This document shows positions 8,330-17,514 of a stretch of DNA of 64,000 nucleotides, piece by piece. This DNA is from an uncultured Geobacteraceae bacterium (GTDB lineage Bacteria; Desulfobacterota; Desulfuromonadia; Geobacterales; Pseudopelobacteraceae). A model generated the notes under the pieces. That model saw nothing but the letters and a program-made list of their open reading frames with translations. It had not been told where the DNA came from and made no database searches. The translations under genes and the position numbers were made by a program. The stretch is from the NCBI GenBank assembly GCA_903852495.1, contig CAINRC010000058.1, forward strand, positions 37,635 to 101,634. Reading direction: 5' to 3'. Numbering within the stretch: the stretch's first letter is position 1; every line of letters starts with the position of its first letter.

Positions 8330-9241
8330 ATGAAGATTGACGCCTTATGGCTCCGGGCGAATGTAATTAAAGCGGTACGTAATTTTTTCTGGGAGAGGGG
8401 GTTTCTTGAAGTGGAAACCCCCCTTCTCATTCCTGCCAATGCTCCTGAAGAACATATTAATCCGGTAGTCACCCTCCCCTCCGCCTGGCAACTCCAGACT
8501 TCACCCGAAATATGCATGAAGCGTCTGCTCTGCAACGGTCACCAGAGAGTGTTTCAGATTTCCCGCTGCTGGCGAGCTGATGAACGAGGTTCTCGTCACC
8601 TGTCGGAATTTACCATGCTTGAATGGTACCGGGCCAACGCCGATTATCACACCCTGATGACTGATTGTGAAGAGCTGCTTCAGTATGTTGCCACGTCTTG
8701 TCTGCCAAACGACCGCTATTTCAGCCGAAATTCTGTAAAAATAGACCCGTTTGCCCCCTGGCTGCGTATCAGCGTCCAGGAGGCGTTTTTCCGATTTGGA
8801 CAGGTCAACGTATGCGACTGCATCAAAGAAGGACGTTACGAAGAAATTCTGACGGCCGTAATTGAGCCGGCCATTTCTCAGTATAGCACTCCCGTTATCC
8901 TGATTGACTACCCTGTTGAGTTGGCTGCTCTGGCTCGCACAAAACCGGAAAACCGGGAGTCGGCAGAACGCTTTGAATTGTACCTTGGAGGATTGGAGTT
9001 GGCGAACGGTTTCAGCGAGCTGACGGATCCGGTTGAACAGCGTGCACGTTTTGAGGCCGCCAACCGGATGCGTAGAGGTTTCGGACAGCCTGAACTGCCG
9101 CTGCCGGAGCCTTTTTTGAATTCACTTGGTGCTATGCCTGAATCGGCCGGGATCGCCATGGGGATTGACCGGCTTGTCATGCTGGCGGCCGGTGCAGAAG
9201 CTATTGATGACGTTGTTGCCTTTACTCCTGAAGATCTGTAA
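8330..9241 (+). CDS. epmA: EF-P--(R)-beta-lysine ligase (truncated class II LysRS paralogue, GenX/PoxA)
   Basis: 303 aa. Class II aaRS motifs (RGFLEVETPLL; FQISRCWRADERGSRHLSEFTMLEWY; GIAMGIDRLVM). Lies directly downstream of efp. Confidence 0.9.
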   Translation: MKIDALWLRANVIKAVRNFFWERGFLEVETPLLIPANAPEEHINPVVTLPSAWQLQTSPEICMKRLLCNGHQRVFQISRCWRADERGSRHLSEFTMLEWYRANADYHTLMTDCEELLQYVATSCLPNDRYFSRNSVKIDPFAPWLRISVQEAFFRFGQVNVCDCIKEGRYEEILTAVIEPAISQYSTPVILIDYPVELAALARTKPENRESAERFELYLGGLELANGFSELTDPVEQRARFEAANRMRRGFGQPELPLPEPFLNSLGAMPESAGIAMGIDRLVMLAAGAEAIDDVVAFTPEDL

Positions 9242-10259
9242 TGTCCTGGTAGGTTACCAGTTCACCGGTATAGGTGCGAATAGTCAGAATGGATCCCTCT
9301 ACCTGAAAGTCATCGGGAAGAATCGCCACTTTCCCTTTTCCTCCCGGCAGGTCAATCACATACTGCGGAACAGCCATGCCGGAGATGTGACCACGCAGGC
9401 CGCGCAGTATTTCCAGTCCGGCTCGCACTGAAGTCCGGAAGTGTGACGTACCTCGCACAAGGTCCATCTGGTGCAGATAATACGGCTTAACTCGTATGGA
9501 AAGCAGTCCGATCATCAGATCCCGCATGATTTCCACCGAATCATTAACCCCTTTCAACAGCACCGTTTGATTGCCCAGAGGAATGCCGGCATCCGCCAAT
9601 AAAGCGCAGGCTGCAGTTGAATCTGCTGTTATTTCCGCTGGGTGATTGAAATGGGTGTTGACATACAGCGGGTGAAACTTTTTCAGCAGGCTACAAAGGT
9701 CTGACGTGATCCTGGCTGGCAGTGTAACCGGTACCCGGGTGCCGATTCGGATAATGGCTACATGGGCGATCTTACGTAAACCGGTCAGAATGCGGGATAG
9801 GGATGCGTCGTCAAGCATCAGTGGATCGCCGCCGGACAAAATGACATCATGGATGGCAGAATGGGCGGCAATATACTCCAGAGCTTTCTGCAGCGCAGCC
9901 TCAGTCATGGGAGCGTCACCGCTGCCCACCAGCCGTTTTCGCATACAAAAGCGGCAGTACACGGGACAGCGATTGGAAACAAGCAGTACTACTCGGTCCG
10001 GATAGCGGTGGATAAGTCCCGGAACCGGGCTTAATGTCTCTTCCTCCAGCGGATCAGGACTTTGATCGGCATCTTCCAGTTCTCGTGCATCCGGTATGCA
10101 TTGCTTCCAGATGGGGTCATCCGGTACTCTGATGAGACCGGCATAATAGTCAGATAGCCTCACCGGATACCGTGCTGCAACCGATTCAGCGTTTTCTGTT
10201 ATCTCTAAACTAGATTTATTATTACAGCTATTTGTAGTGTTATATATAAAGTATCGCAT
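9222..10259 (-). CDS. epmB: Lysine 2,3-aminomutase family radical SAM enzyme (EF-P beta-lysylation)
   Basis: 345 aa. CPVYCRFCMRK radical-SAM cluster motif and a KamA-family body. Convergent with epmA, 3' ends overlapping by 20 nt. Confidence 0.9.
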   Translation of the reverse strand: MRYFIYNTTNSCNNKSSLEITENAESVAARYPVRLSDYYAGLIRVPDDPIWKQCIPDARELEDADQSPDPLEEETLSPVPGLIHRYPDRVVLLVSNRCPVYCRFCMRKRLVGSGDAPMTEAALQKALEYIAAHSAIHDVILSGGDPLMLDDASLSRILTGLRKIAHVAIIRIGTRVPVTLPARITSDLCSLLKKFHPLYVNTHFNHPAEITADSTAACALLADAGIPLGNQTVLLKGVNDSVEIMRDLMIGLLSIRVKPYYLHQMDLVRGTSHFRTSVRAGLEILRGLRGHISGMAVPQYVIDLPGGKGKVAILPDDFQVEGSILTIRTYTGELVTYQDITDLQE

Positions 10260-10423
10260 TAAATTATATCCTGCCTGAAATTGAAATGGAACTTGAAATT
10301 AGATGTATTTTATTTGCTTGAAAATAGTCAGCTTTTATGGAATACACAATACATTATTACTCCATGTATCTCCTCAATTTTTCAGATAATTCAGAAAAAA
10401 CTGCCAACTAACGGTTACCTGCC

Positions 10424-12094
10424 ATGTACACAAAATACTATGGGTTCAACGAGAAACCGTTCACGCTCACGCCGAATCCCCGTTTCATTTTCCTGAGTAA
10501 AAATCATAAGGAAGCGTTTGCCCACCTGCTGTACGGCATCAACAACCATTACGGGTTTATTGAACTTGTCGGCGAAGTCGGTACCGGTAAAACCACCGTG
10601 CTCCGCTCACTCCTTTGCCGTTTAAGCGATGACAACTACCGGTCTGCACTGATTTTTAACCCATGCATGACCGGAGTCGAACTGTTTCGCTGCATCAATC
10701 ATGAATTCGGCCTCCCGTCCGGGAGTGAATATATCAGCGAACTTCTTGCAGAGCTCAACAATTTTTTACTCCGGGAGAATGCGCGAGGCGTTACCGTTGT
10801 TCTCATAATAGACGAAGCTCAAAACCTGTCACCGAAGATTCTCGAACAACTGCGACTAATTTCCAACTTTGAGACCGAAAATGACAAGCTGATACAGATC
10901 GTTCTGGCGGGCCAGCCAGAGCTTTCCGCTCTTCTGGACCTGCCGGAGTTGAGGCAGCTGAATCAGCGTATCGCCGTACGGTATCGGCTCCAGTCCATGA
11001 GCGGCGTTGACACCCGTTCCTACATTCATCACCGGATGGTGGTGGCAGGCGAAACAGGTGGAGTCTCCTTCAGCCGTGCGGCACGTGCGGTGATACAGCT
11101 CTATTCCCACGGACTGCCCCGCCTGATCAACAACCTTTGCGACAGGGCACTGCTCGTTGGTTATGGTGACGAGCGCAGGAACATTACTGCACTCGTCGTT
11201 ATCAGGGCCATACTGGAACTGGCTAAGGCGCATCGCGGCAGGCGCCTCTATCTGGCGATAACCGGCCTGGTTGTGGTTATTGCCCTCGGCATTTTCCTGT
11301 CTCTGAATTTAAACCGGCAACTTCCCAACGATTCTCCTCGGCAATCGCCTCCATCACCTCAATCACTGACTCCGGCAAAGGCACCTGTAGTCATTCCAAC
11401 TCCCCTCCCCGCCCCTGTTCAAGCGCCAATCACAGCGCCTGCAGTAGCCACAGTCGTGACGGAAAAGAACTTTTCGCAACTTCAACAGGAGATCCGGTCG
11501 CTTAATCAGAATAAAGTTCACCTGCGTGCCTTTAACACCATAGCTGAAGCCTGGGGAGCCGGTCCTGATGACCGTTCGCGTGCAGCTGTGAAGAAAAAAC
11601 TTCGGGTTACGGTGTTCAAGGGGAACCTGAACCAGGTAATCCGCTTGGATCTGCCGTTCCTGGTTCTGACAAAAGTGAATGGAAACAAGGGCGGATATTG
11701 TATCGCGGTTACGACAACCGGGAATAATTCAGTGTCAATCTCCCCATCATTGTTCGGCAAAAGTACTTTGTCCAGAAACGAACTGAATTCAATTGCCAGC
11801 GGAACTTTTTATCTGGCGTGGCAGAATTCTAGCCGCATTCCTGACGACGTAACTACAGGAAATACTAGTAATGATATCAGATCATTACAGCGACTGCTTC
11901 AGCGCGCCGGCACATACAGCGCCGCTATTGACGGCACCTTTGGCGCGACGACAGTAAAAGCCGTCACTGATTTTCAACATTCCGCCGGAATTCCCCGTAA
12001 TGAAACGGTGGGGGAACTGACGTTAGCGGCCCTCACCAAATATGATGCCACTATAAAAATCCCATCCCTTTCATCCTCTGGAACATCAAAATGA
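10424..12094 (+). CDS. exeA: ExeA/GspA-type AAA ATPase with TM segment, Pro-rich linker and C-terminal peptidoglycan-binding domain
   Basis: 556 aa. N-terminus MYTKYYGFNEKPFTLTPNPRFIF, Walker A GEVGTGKT, Walker B LIIDEAQ. TM segment LAITGLVVVIALGIFLSL. PG_binding_1-like LQRLLQRAGTYSAAIDGTFGATTVKAVTDFQ. Confidence 0.85.
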   Translation: MYTKYYGFNEKPFTLTPNPRFIFLSKNHKEAFAHLLYGINNHYGFIELVGEVGTGKTTVLRSLLCRLSDDNYRSALIFNPCMTGVELFRCINHEFGLPSGSEYISELLAELNNFLLRENARGVTVVLIIDEAQNLSPKILEQLRLISNFETENDKLIQIVLAGQPELSALLDLPELRQLNQRIAVRYRLQSMSGVDTRSYIHHRMVVAGETGGVSFSRAARAVIQLYSHGLPRLINNLCDRALLVGYGDERRNITALVVIRAILELAKAHRGRRLYLAITGLVVVIALGIFLSLNLNRQLPNDSPRQSPPSPQSLTPAKAPVVIPTPLPAPVQAPITAPAVATVVTEKNFSQLQQEIRSLNQNKVHLRAFNTIAEAWGAGPDDRSRAAVKKKLRVTVFKGNLNQVIRLDLPFLVLTKVNGNKGGYCIAVTTTGNNSVSISPSLFGKSTLSRNELNSIASGTFYLAWQNSSRIPDDVTTGNTSNDIRSLQRLLQRAGTYSAAIDGTFGATTVKAVTDFQHSAGIPRNETVGELTLAALTKYDATIKIPSLSSSGTSK

Positions 12095-12705
12095 GTTCAA
12101 TCATGAAAGCCCTGAAAAGGCTTGAAGACCATAAAGTCATGCACCAGCCTGACGAGATGAAAATAGATCCGGAAATAATACTGCCCAGATCCTCCCGCCC
12201 GATCTCTACGGCGAGTAAACTGCTGGTTGCACTGCTGTTGATGGCATGTGGTTCAACGGCTACATACCTGTTTATGAAGCAGGACAGGGTTCCTGCCGCT
12301 GTATCCTTGAAAACGGCCGCCGTATCCAGCCAACAAAAACAGCTTGCTGTACCACCTGTTCCGGAAGTAAAAACAGAACAGCTCCAGGAAGCCATCATCG
12401 TGGTGCCGGCAGTGGACACCAGGCAGAACAAACCGGCAGTACCCACGAAAAGGGTACCCCCGATCATGCCCATCGAGCCGCCATTGCCTGCTCCTTCCAG
12501 GGCAAAGACCGTCCCGACTCTCAGAGTAAACGGCATAGCGTATCAGAATGGCTCGGCTGACAGTATGGCTGTTATCAATGGCGTACCTGTGTTAACCGGA
12601 GCAACGATTGAAGGGGTCACCGTAGAGGAGGTTCAGAAGGACCGCGTCCTGTTTCAATACAACGGGGAAAAGTTCGGGATTCCGCTGGGGCAGTCAAACC
12701 GCTAG
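12091..12705 (+). CDS. GspB/ExeB-like membrane protein (partner of ExeA)
   Basis: 204 aa. ATGA overlap with the exeA stop and one TM segment. The C-terminus LRVNGIAYQNGSADSMAVINGVPV...VEEVQKDRVLFQYNGEKF is typical of the T2SS GspB C-terminal domain. Confidence 0.65.
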   Translation: MSSIMKALKRLEDHKVMHQPDEMKIDPEIILPRSSRPISTASKLLVALLLMACGSTATYLFMKQDRVPAAVSLKTAAVSSQQKQLAVPPVPEVKTEQLQEAIIVVPAVDTRQNKPAVPTKRVPPIMPIEPPLPAPSRAKTVPTLRVNGIAYQNGSADSMAVINGVPVLTGATIEGVTVEEVQKDRVLFQYNGEKFGIPLGQSNR

Positions 12706-12711
12706 GCGTTC

Positions 12712-13314
12712 CTAGCGGACTATCACCTTAATAAATCGGATCAGATAATCAACCCCGGACCAGACCGTCAGAATGGTGGCGATCCAGAGATAAAACATGC
12801 CGACGTTATGCATATTGACGGTCAGAAGTGAGTGAGAAATGCCGAAAAACCAGTTGTAGTCATAGTGAAGAACGAGCCCCAGGATGGCTACAATCTGAAA
12901 AATGGTTTTGTATTTACCCAGATCACTTGCCTGGATCACAATACCTTCACTTGAAGCGATGCCGCGCAGGCCGGTGATGATGATTTCTCTCGCCAGAATA
13001 ACAAGCACCATCCAGGCCGGCACCCGGTTAAACGGCAGGATCATGATCAACGCTGCCATGACAATCAGCTTGTCGGCTATGGGATCCAAAAACTTGCCAA
13101 AGATGGTGACAATCCCCATGCGACGCGCCAGATAACCATCAAGCCAGTCTGTGATCGATGCCACGGCAAAGAGGGCCGCCGCCCAAAAGCAGGCACACCG
13201 TGATGGCGACATCAAGAGCGCTGCAAGAAGCGGGATAGCCGCTATGCGCAACATGGTGAGGATATTTGGCAGGTTGAGAATCTGATTCGTCTGGCTGTTC
13301 GTTGTCATTATCAT
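12712..13314 (-). CDS. pgsA: CDP-diacylglycerol--glycerol-3-phosphate 3-phosphatidyltransferase
   Basis: 200 aa. CDP-alcohol phosphotransferase motif DWLDGYLARR...GKFLDPIADK. Overall similar to E. coli PgsA. Confidence 0.92.
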   Translation of the reverse strand: MIMTTNSQTNQILNLPNILTMLRIAAIPLLAALLMSPSRCACFWAAALFAVASITDWLDGYLARRMGIVTIFGKFLDPIADKLIVMAALIMILPFNRVPAWMVLVILAREIIITGLRGIASSEGIVIQASDLGKYKTIFQIVAILGLVLHYDYNWFFGISHSLLTVNMHNVGMFYLWIATILTVWSGVDYLIRFIKVIVR

Positions 13315-13943
13315 ATACCGCTTTCCTGATAGGACTTCATGTAGGAAAGAACCCGGTTCACATAGGTTCGTGTTTCATTGTAGGGTGGAATTCCGCCGTA
13401 TTTGGCAACTTTATTCAGACCTGCATTGTAGGCCGCAACAGCAAGCGAAACATCCCCCCGAAAGGTATCAAGCAGAAATCGCAGGTATTTTACCCCGCCT
13501 TCAACATTATCCTTTGGATTATACCGATCTGCAACTTTCAGTGATCTAGCTGTTTCCGGCATAAGTTGCATCAGGCCGCCGGCCCCTTTACTTGACACGG
13601 CATTCGGATTGTAACCGGATTCGGCGTGAATTACAGCCTTAACCAGGCTCGGGTTAACGCCGTATTTTTCAGAGCAGGTCATAATAAGCTGTTCAAACTC
13701 AGCGGGGTTAACTGTTGAGGCATACCGGAGTTTTGTCCGGAGTTCCCTGTCTTTTTTCAGATCCCGCATGAATACTTTGTAGCGCTTGTCCGTCGGTGCG
13801 TCAGTGAAATGAACAATACCATCATCATCAACATAACGGTAGATATCTGCACTGACGTGACCCGGTACAGTCAGGGAAGAGATGAGCGCAGTACTGAGGC
13901 AGAGCACGAAACGAACAGCATATGACGCGGTTCTTACTGACAT
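13311..13943 (-). CDS. Lytic transglycosylase (SLT domain) with N-terminal DUF4124-like segment
   Basis: 210 aa. Signal peptide, IYRYVDDDGIVHFTD (DUF4124-type), SLT catalytic block HAESGYNPNAVSSKGAGGLMQLMP...AAYNAG. Confidence 0.85.
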   Translation of the reverse strand: MSVRTASYAVRFVLCLSTALISSLTVPGHVSADIYRYVDDDGIVHFTDAPTDKRYKVFMRDLKKDRELRTKLRYASTVNPAEFEQLIMTCSEKYGVNPSLVKAVIHAESGYNPNAVSSKGAGGLMQLMPETARSLKVADRYNPKDNVEGGVKYLRFLLDTFRGDVSLAVAAYNAGLNKVAKYGGIPPYNETRTYVNRVLSYMKSYQESGI

Positions 13944-13971
13944 AGCGTCAATAATCCCAGAGTACCCGGAT

Positions 13972-14048
13972 TTGTCAAGACATATTCTGTTTTATATAGT
14001 AGTTGGGACCAGTTTGAAATTGACTTTTCAGGGGCCATGTTCTACTAA
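13972..14048 (+). promoter_or_regulatory. Two candidate sigma-70 promoters upstream of purM
   Basis: TTGTCA-N17-TATAGT (13972-14000) and TTGACT-N17-TACTAA (14020-14048). Pattern match only. Confidence 0.35.
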
Positions 14049-14075
14049 TATCGCTTTCGCAAGGGGGATATTTCA

Positions 14076-15128
14076 ATGAGTAAAAAACCTGTTACCTATA
14101 AAGATTCCGGGGTGGATATCGCCGCTGGAAACAGTTTTGTCAACCTGATCAAGCCGTTGGTCAAGGCTACATCACGTCCTGAGGTTCTTGCGGACATCGG
14201 CGGATTTGGCGGCTTGTTTTCTCTCAATACCGCAAAGTATAAAAATCCTGTCCTGGTCTCCGGGACTGATGGCGTTGGCACCAAGCTCAAGATCGCTTTT
14301 CTGGCAGACCGCCACGACACGGTTGGCATCGATCTGGTGGCAATGTGTGTCAATGACATAATTGTCCAGGGAGCTGAACCGCTCTTTTTTCTGGATTACC
14401 TTGCCACCGGAAAACTTTTGCCGGAAAAAGGTGCCGAGATCGTCAAGGGAATCGCCGAGGGTTGCAAGCAGGCCGGCTGTGCGTTGATTGGCGGAGAAAC
14501 GGCTGAAATGCCCGGGTTTTACTCTGATGGTGAATATGATGTTGCCGGGTTTACCGTTGGCGTGGTTGATCGCGAAAACATTATTGATGGTTCCGGCATA
14601 TCGGTCGGCAACAAATTGATTGGTATTGCCTCAAGCGGACTACACAGTAACGGGTATTCTCTGGCACGGACATTGATTTTTGACCAGCTTGGACTCACGG
14701 TGCACGACACCTTCCCCGGTTCCGCTTCTTCAGTTGCCGATGTGCTGCTGACGCCAACCCGGATCTACGTCCGCTCTATCCTTAACCTGCTGAAAGATTA
14801 TGCTATTAATGGTATTGCCCATATTACCGGAGGCGGCTTGTTGGAAAATGTTCCCCGGGTTCTCCCCAAAGGGTGCCAGGCCAATATTTTCACCAATACG
14901 TGGGAGCGGCCGAACCTTTTTACCGTTCTGCAAGAAGCGGGTAATGTTGAACGCGATGAAATGTACCGCACCTTCAATATGGGAATTGGCATGGTGCTGG
15001 CGGTGACGGAGAATCAGGCGGAAGAAATCATTGACCGCTTGCACGGGTTGGGAGAAACCGCCTGGATTATCGGCACTATCGCTGCCTGCGGTGACGGTGA
15101 TGAACGAGTCGAACTGGTAGAAGGTTAA
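14076..15128 (+). CDS. purM: Phosphoribosylformylglycinamidine cyclo-ligase (AIR synthetase)
   Basis: 350 aa. [34 protein letters not shown]: canonical PurM. Confidence 0.97.
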   Translation: MSKKPVTYKDSGVDIAAGNSFVNLIKPLVKATSRPEVLADIGGFGGLFSLNTAKYKNPVLVSGTDGVGTKLKIAFLADRHDTVGIDLVAMCVNDIIVQGAEPLFFLDYLATGKLLPEKGAEIVKGIAEGCKQAGCALIGGETAEMPGFYSDGEYDVAGFTVGVVDRENIIDGSGISVGNKLIGIASSGLHSNGYSLARTLIFDQLGLTVHDTFPGSASSVADVLLTPTRIYVRSILNLLKDYAINGIAHITGGGLLENVPRVLPKGCQANIFTNTWERPNLFTVLQEAGNVERDEMYRTFNMGIGMVLAVTENQAEEIIDRLHGLGETAWIIGTIAACGDGDERVELVEG

Positions 15129-15129
15129 T

Positions 15130-15750
15130 ATGTCCGGGAACGCACCGTGCCGGTTGGCTGTCCTGGTTTCGGGAAGCGGCACCAACCTGCAAGCCATAAT
15201 TGACTGCATTGAATCCGGCGAACTTACTGCCGAGATCGCCTGTGTCATCAGCAACAAAGCCGACGCCTATGCCCTCACCCGGGCATCGCGGCACGGAATT
15301 CCGGCGGTGATCCACAGTAACGCACACTTTTCCGAGCGGAGCTCGTATGATGCCGCTACCGTCGAAATCCTGCGCAGTCACAAGGTTGATCTGGTAATTC
15401 TTGCCGGTTTCATGAGGATTCTGACGGATACCATGGTGCACGCTTTTCCCAATGCGATCATGAATATCCACCCTGCCCTGCTGCCATCTTTCCCCGGCCT
15501 GCATGCCCAGCAGCAGGCTCTTGACTACGGGGTTCGCTATTCCGGATGCACCGTACATTTTGTTGACTGCGGCACGGATACCGGCCCGATAATTCTCCAG
15601 ACGGTTGTCCCGGTAGAACAGGACGATACCGAGGAAACCCTGTCGGCGCGGATTCAGAAAGCAGAACACCACACGTTTGCGGAGGCGATCAAGCTTTTCG
15701 TAGACCGGAAAATTCTGGTACAAGGACGAAGGGTCCAAATTCTCCCATAA
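15130..15750 (+). CDS. purN: Phosphoribosylglycinamide formyltransferase
   Basis: 206 aa. LAVLVSGSGTNLQAII, NIHPALLPSFPG, GCTVHFV. Starts 2 nt after purM. Confidence 0.95.
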   Translation: MSGNAPCRLAVLVSGSGTNLQAIIDCIESGELTAEIACVISNKADAYALTRASRHGIPAVIHSNAHFSERSSYDAATVEILRSHKVDLVILAGFMRILTDTMVHAFPNAIMNIHPALLPSFPGLHAQQQALDYGVRYSGCTVHFVDCGTDTGPIILQTVVPVEQDDTEETLSARIQKAEHHTFAEAIKLFVDRKILVQGRRVQILP

Positions 15751-15788
15751 CCAGCGATCTAATTAAATTCACCGTCAAAAGGAAGAAC

Positions 15789-17450
15789 ATGCAGCACATA
15801 GTGAATTTTTTAACTGCCAGGATCAATTCAGCCCGCCAGGACTTGATGGTTCTGGCAGTCGTCTTTGGAACAGCCTTCTTCCAGTTCCTCTGGAAATTTC
15901 CCCTCATGGAGCCGGATGAAGGACGCTACAGTGAAATCCCCCGCGAGATGCTCGAACGGGGCGATTTTATTACTCCCATGCTCAATTATGTAAAATACTT
16001 TGAAAAACCACCACTTCACTACTGGCTGAATGCCGTATCCATGACCGTTTTCGGTGAAAACGAGTTTGCCACCCGCTTTCCGGGAGCACTCTGTGGTCTG
16101 CTGACGATTCTGTTTACCTACCACGTAGGCACGAAGCTTTTTGGCCGCCGTGAAGGACTCCTGGCGGCGCTCATACTCGGTTCATGCACAGGGTTCCTGC
16201 TGCAGGGGCGGATCAACCTGACCGATATGACCCTCACCTTCTGCATGTCCGCTTCGATCGGTTGCTTTCTACTGGCTTCCCGCCACGACGAGCGGAATAA
16301 AGGGGGCTATTACTACCTGTTTTATTCCTTCTCCGCTCTGGCAGTTCTTGCCAAGGGACTTATCGGCCTGGTATTACCGGGCGGCGTTATTTTTTTCTAC
16401 CTTCTTGTCTGCCGGCGCTGGTCACTTCTGAAGGAAATGCGCATTTTCACCGGCATTGTGCTGTTTCTGGCGATTGCGGCACCATGGTTTATCCTGGTAT
16501 CCGACCGTAACCCTGAATTTTTCCAGTTTTTTTTCATTCGTGAGCATTTCCAGCGCTTTCTCTCCAATGTCCATGGTCGCCACCAGCCAATCTGGTTTTT
16601 CCTCCCGATTCTGCTGTTGACCATGCTCCCCTGGTCATTTTTTGTTCCGCAAGCCCTGGTGGCTGCCTGGCGTAAACGGAAGGAGCAGGATGGGGATGTT
16701 CTGGTTTTCATCTTTATCTGGGCCGTATTGATCTTCCTGTTTTTCTCCAAGTCCAATTCAAAGCTGATTCCCTATATACTGCCGGTCTTTGCACCGCTTT
16801 CATTGCTGGTGGGGCTTCTCTTTTCACGCGCACTGGACGGTGAGTCATTCCCCCGCCGTGCCGGGAAGTTGCTTGCCGCAGTCCTTGCCCTGCTCGGCTG
16901 TGGCGTCATCCTGTATCCTCACGTTGTAGCCGATACCTACATTTCCTCCGTCGGTGGGATCGTGCTTGGTACGGTCTTCCTGCTTGAAGGGGCTTTGGTG
17001 TTTTTGGCAGTCAGACGCAGCGATCCTGCCGGGCTGTTTGCCTCCCTGTGCGCGGGCGGGCTGCTGCTGGCTTTGGTGGCGCCTCATGCCGCCTTTTCGA
17101 CAATTTCAGAGCGAAATGCCAGTTCCGTTGAACTCTGCCGTATGGTAACATCCGTGGCAACTCCGGAGACTGCTGTCGTGTCAGTCGGCTACGAACAAGG
17201 ACTTCCCTTTTATACCCGCCGGCGTGTTATAGTGGCTGACGGGTTGGGTGAACTGGAATTTGGAGCAAAGATCGGCGACCAGACCGCCTGGTTTATGGAT
17301 CTAGATCGTTTTCACCAGTTGTGGGACTCCGGACGCCATGTGGTTGCGCTGGTTCAACCGGAGGAGTTGCTCCGCCTCACTTCGGCAGCTAAAACACCGG
17401 TGAAAACACTGGGAAAAGACAAGCGACGGGTTCTGATTACCAACCGCTGA
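15789..17450 (+). CDS. arnT: Undecaprenyl phosphate-alpha-L-Ara4N:lipid A transferase-like GT39/PMT_2 glycosyltransferase
   Basis: 553 aa polytopic membrane protein. N-terminus EPDEGRYSEIPREMLERGDFITPMLNYVKYFEKPPLHYW is typical of the ArnT/PMT family. Context is arnBCAD. Confidence 0.85.
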   Translation: MQHIVNFLTARINSARQDLMVLAVVFGTAFFQFLWKFPLMEPDEGRYSEIPREMLERGDFITPMLNYVKYFEKPPLHYWLNAVSMTVFGENEFATRFPGALCGLLTILFTYHVGTKLFGRREGLLAALILGSCTGFLLQGRINLTDMTLTFCMSASIGCFLLASRHDERNKGGYYYLFYSFSALAVLAKGLIGLVLPGGVIFFYLLVCRRWSLLKEMRIFTGIVLFLAIAAPWFILVSDRNPEFFQFFFIREHFQRFLSNVHGRHQPIWFFLPILLLTMLPWSFFVPQALVAAWRKRKEQDGDVLVFIFIWAVLIFLFFSKSNSKLIPYILPVFAPLSLLVGLLFSRALDGESFPRRAGKLLAAVLALLGCGVILYPHVVADTYISSVGGIVLGTVFLLEGALVFLAVRRSDPAGLFASLCAGGLLLALVAPHAAFSTISERNASSVELCRMVTSVATPETAVVSVGYEQGLPFYTRRRVIVADGLGELEFGAKIGDQTAWFMDLDRFHQLWDSGRHVVALVQPEELLRLTSAAKTPVKTLGKDKRRVLITNR

Positions 17451-17514
17451 TTCTGATTAAATGCTGGTACGCTGCATCTGTGAGCAGCAGACCGTTATTG
17501 TACTGGAGGACGTA

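Noticed and set aside
7657-8535. 292-aa minus-strand ORF covering efp and the start of epmA
   Set aside because: It is antisense to two genes with unmistakable homology. Its product is low-complexity, Arg/Gly/Leu-rich, with no motifs. It is the typical shadow ORF of a GC-biased coding region.
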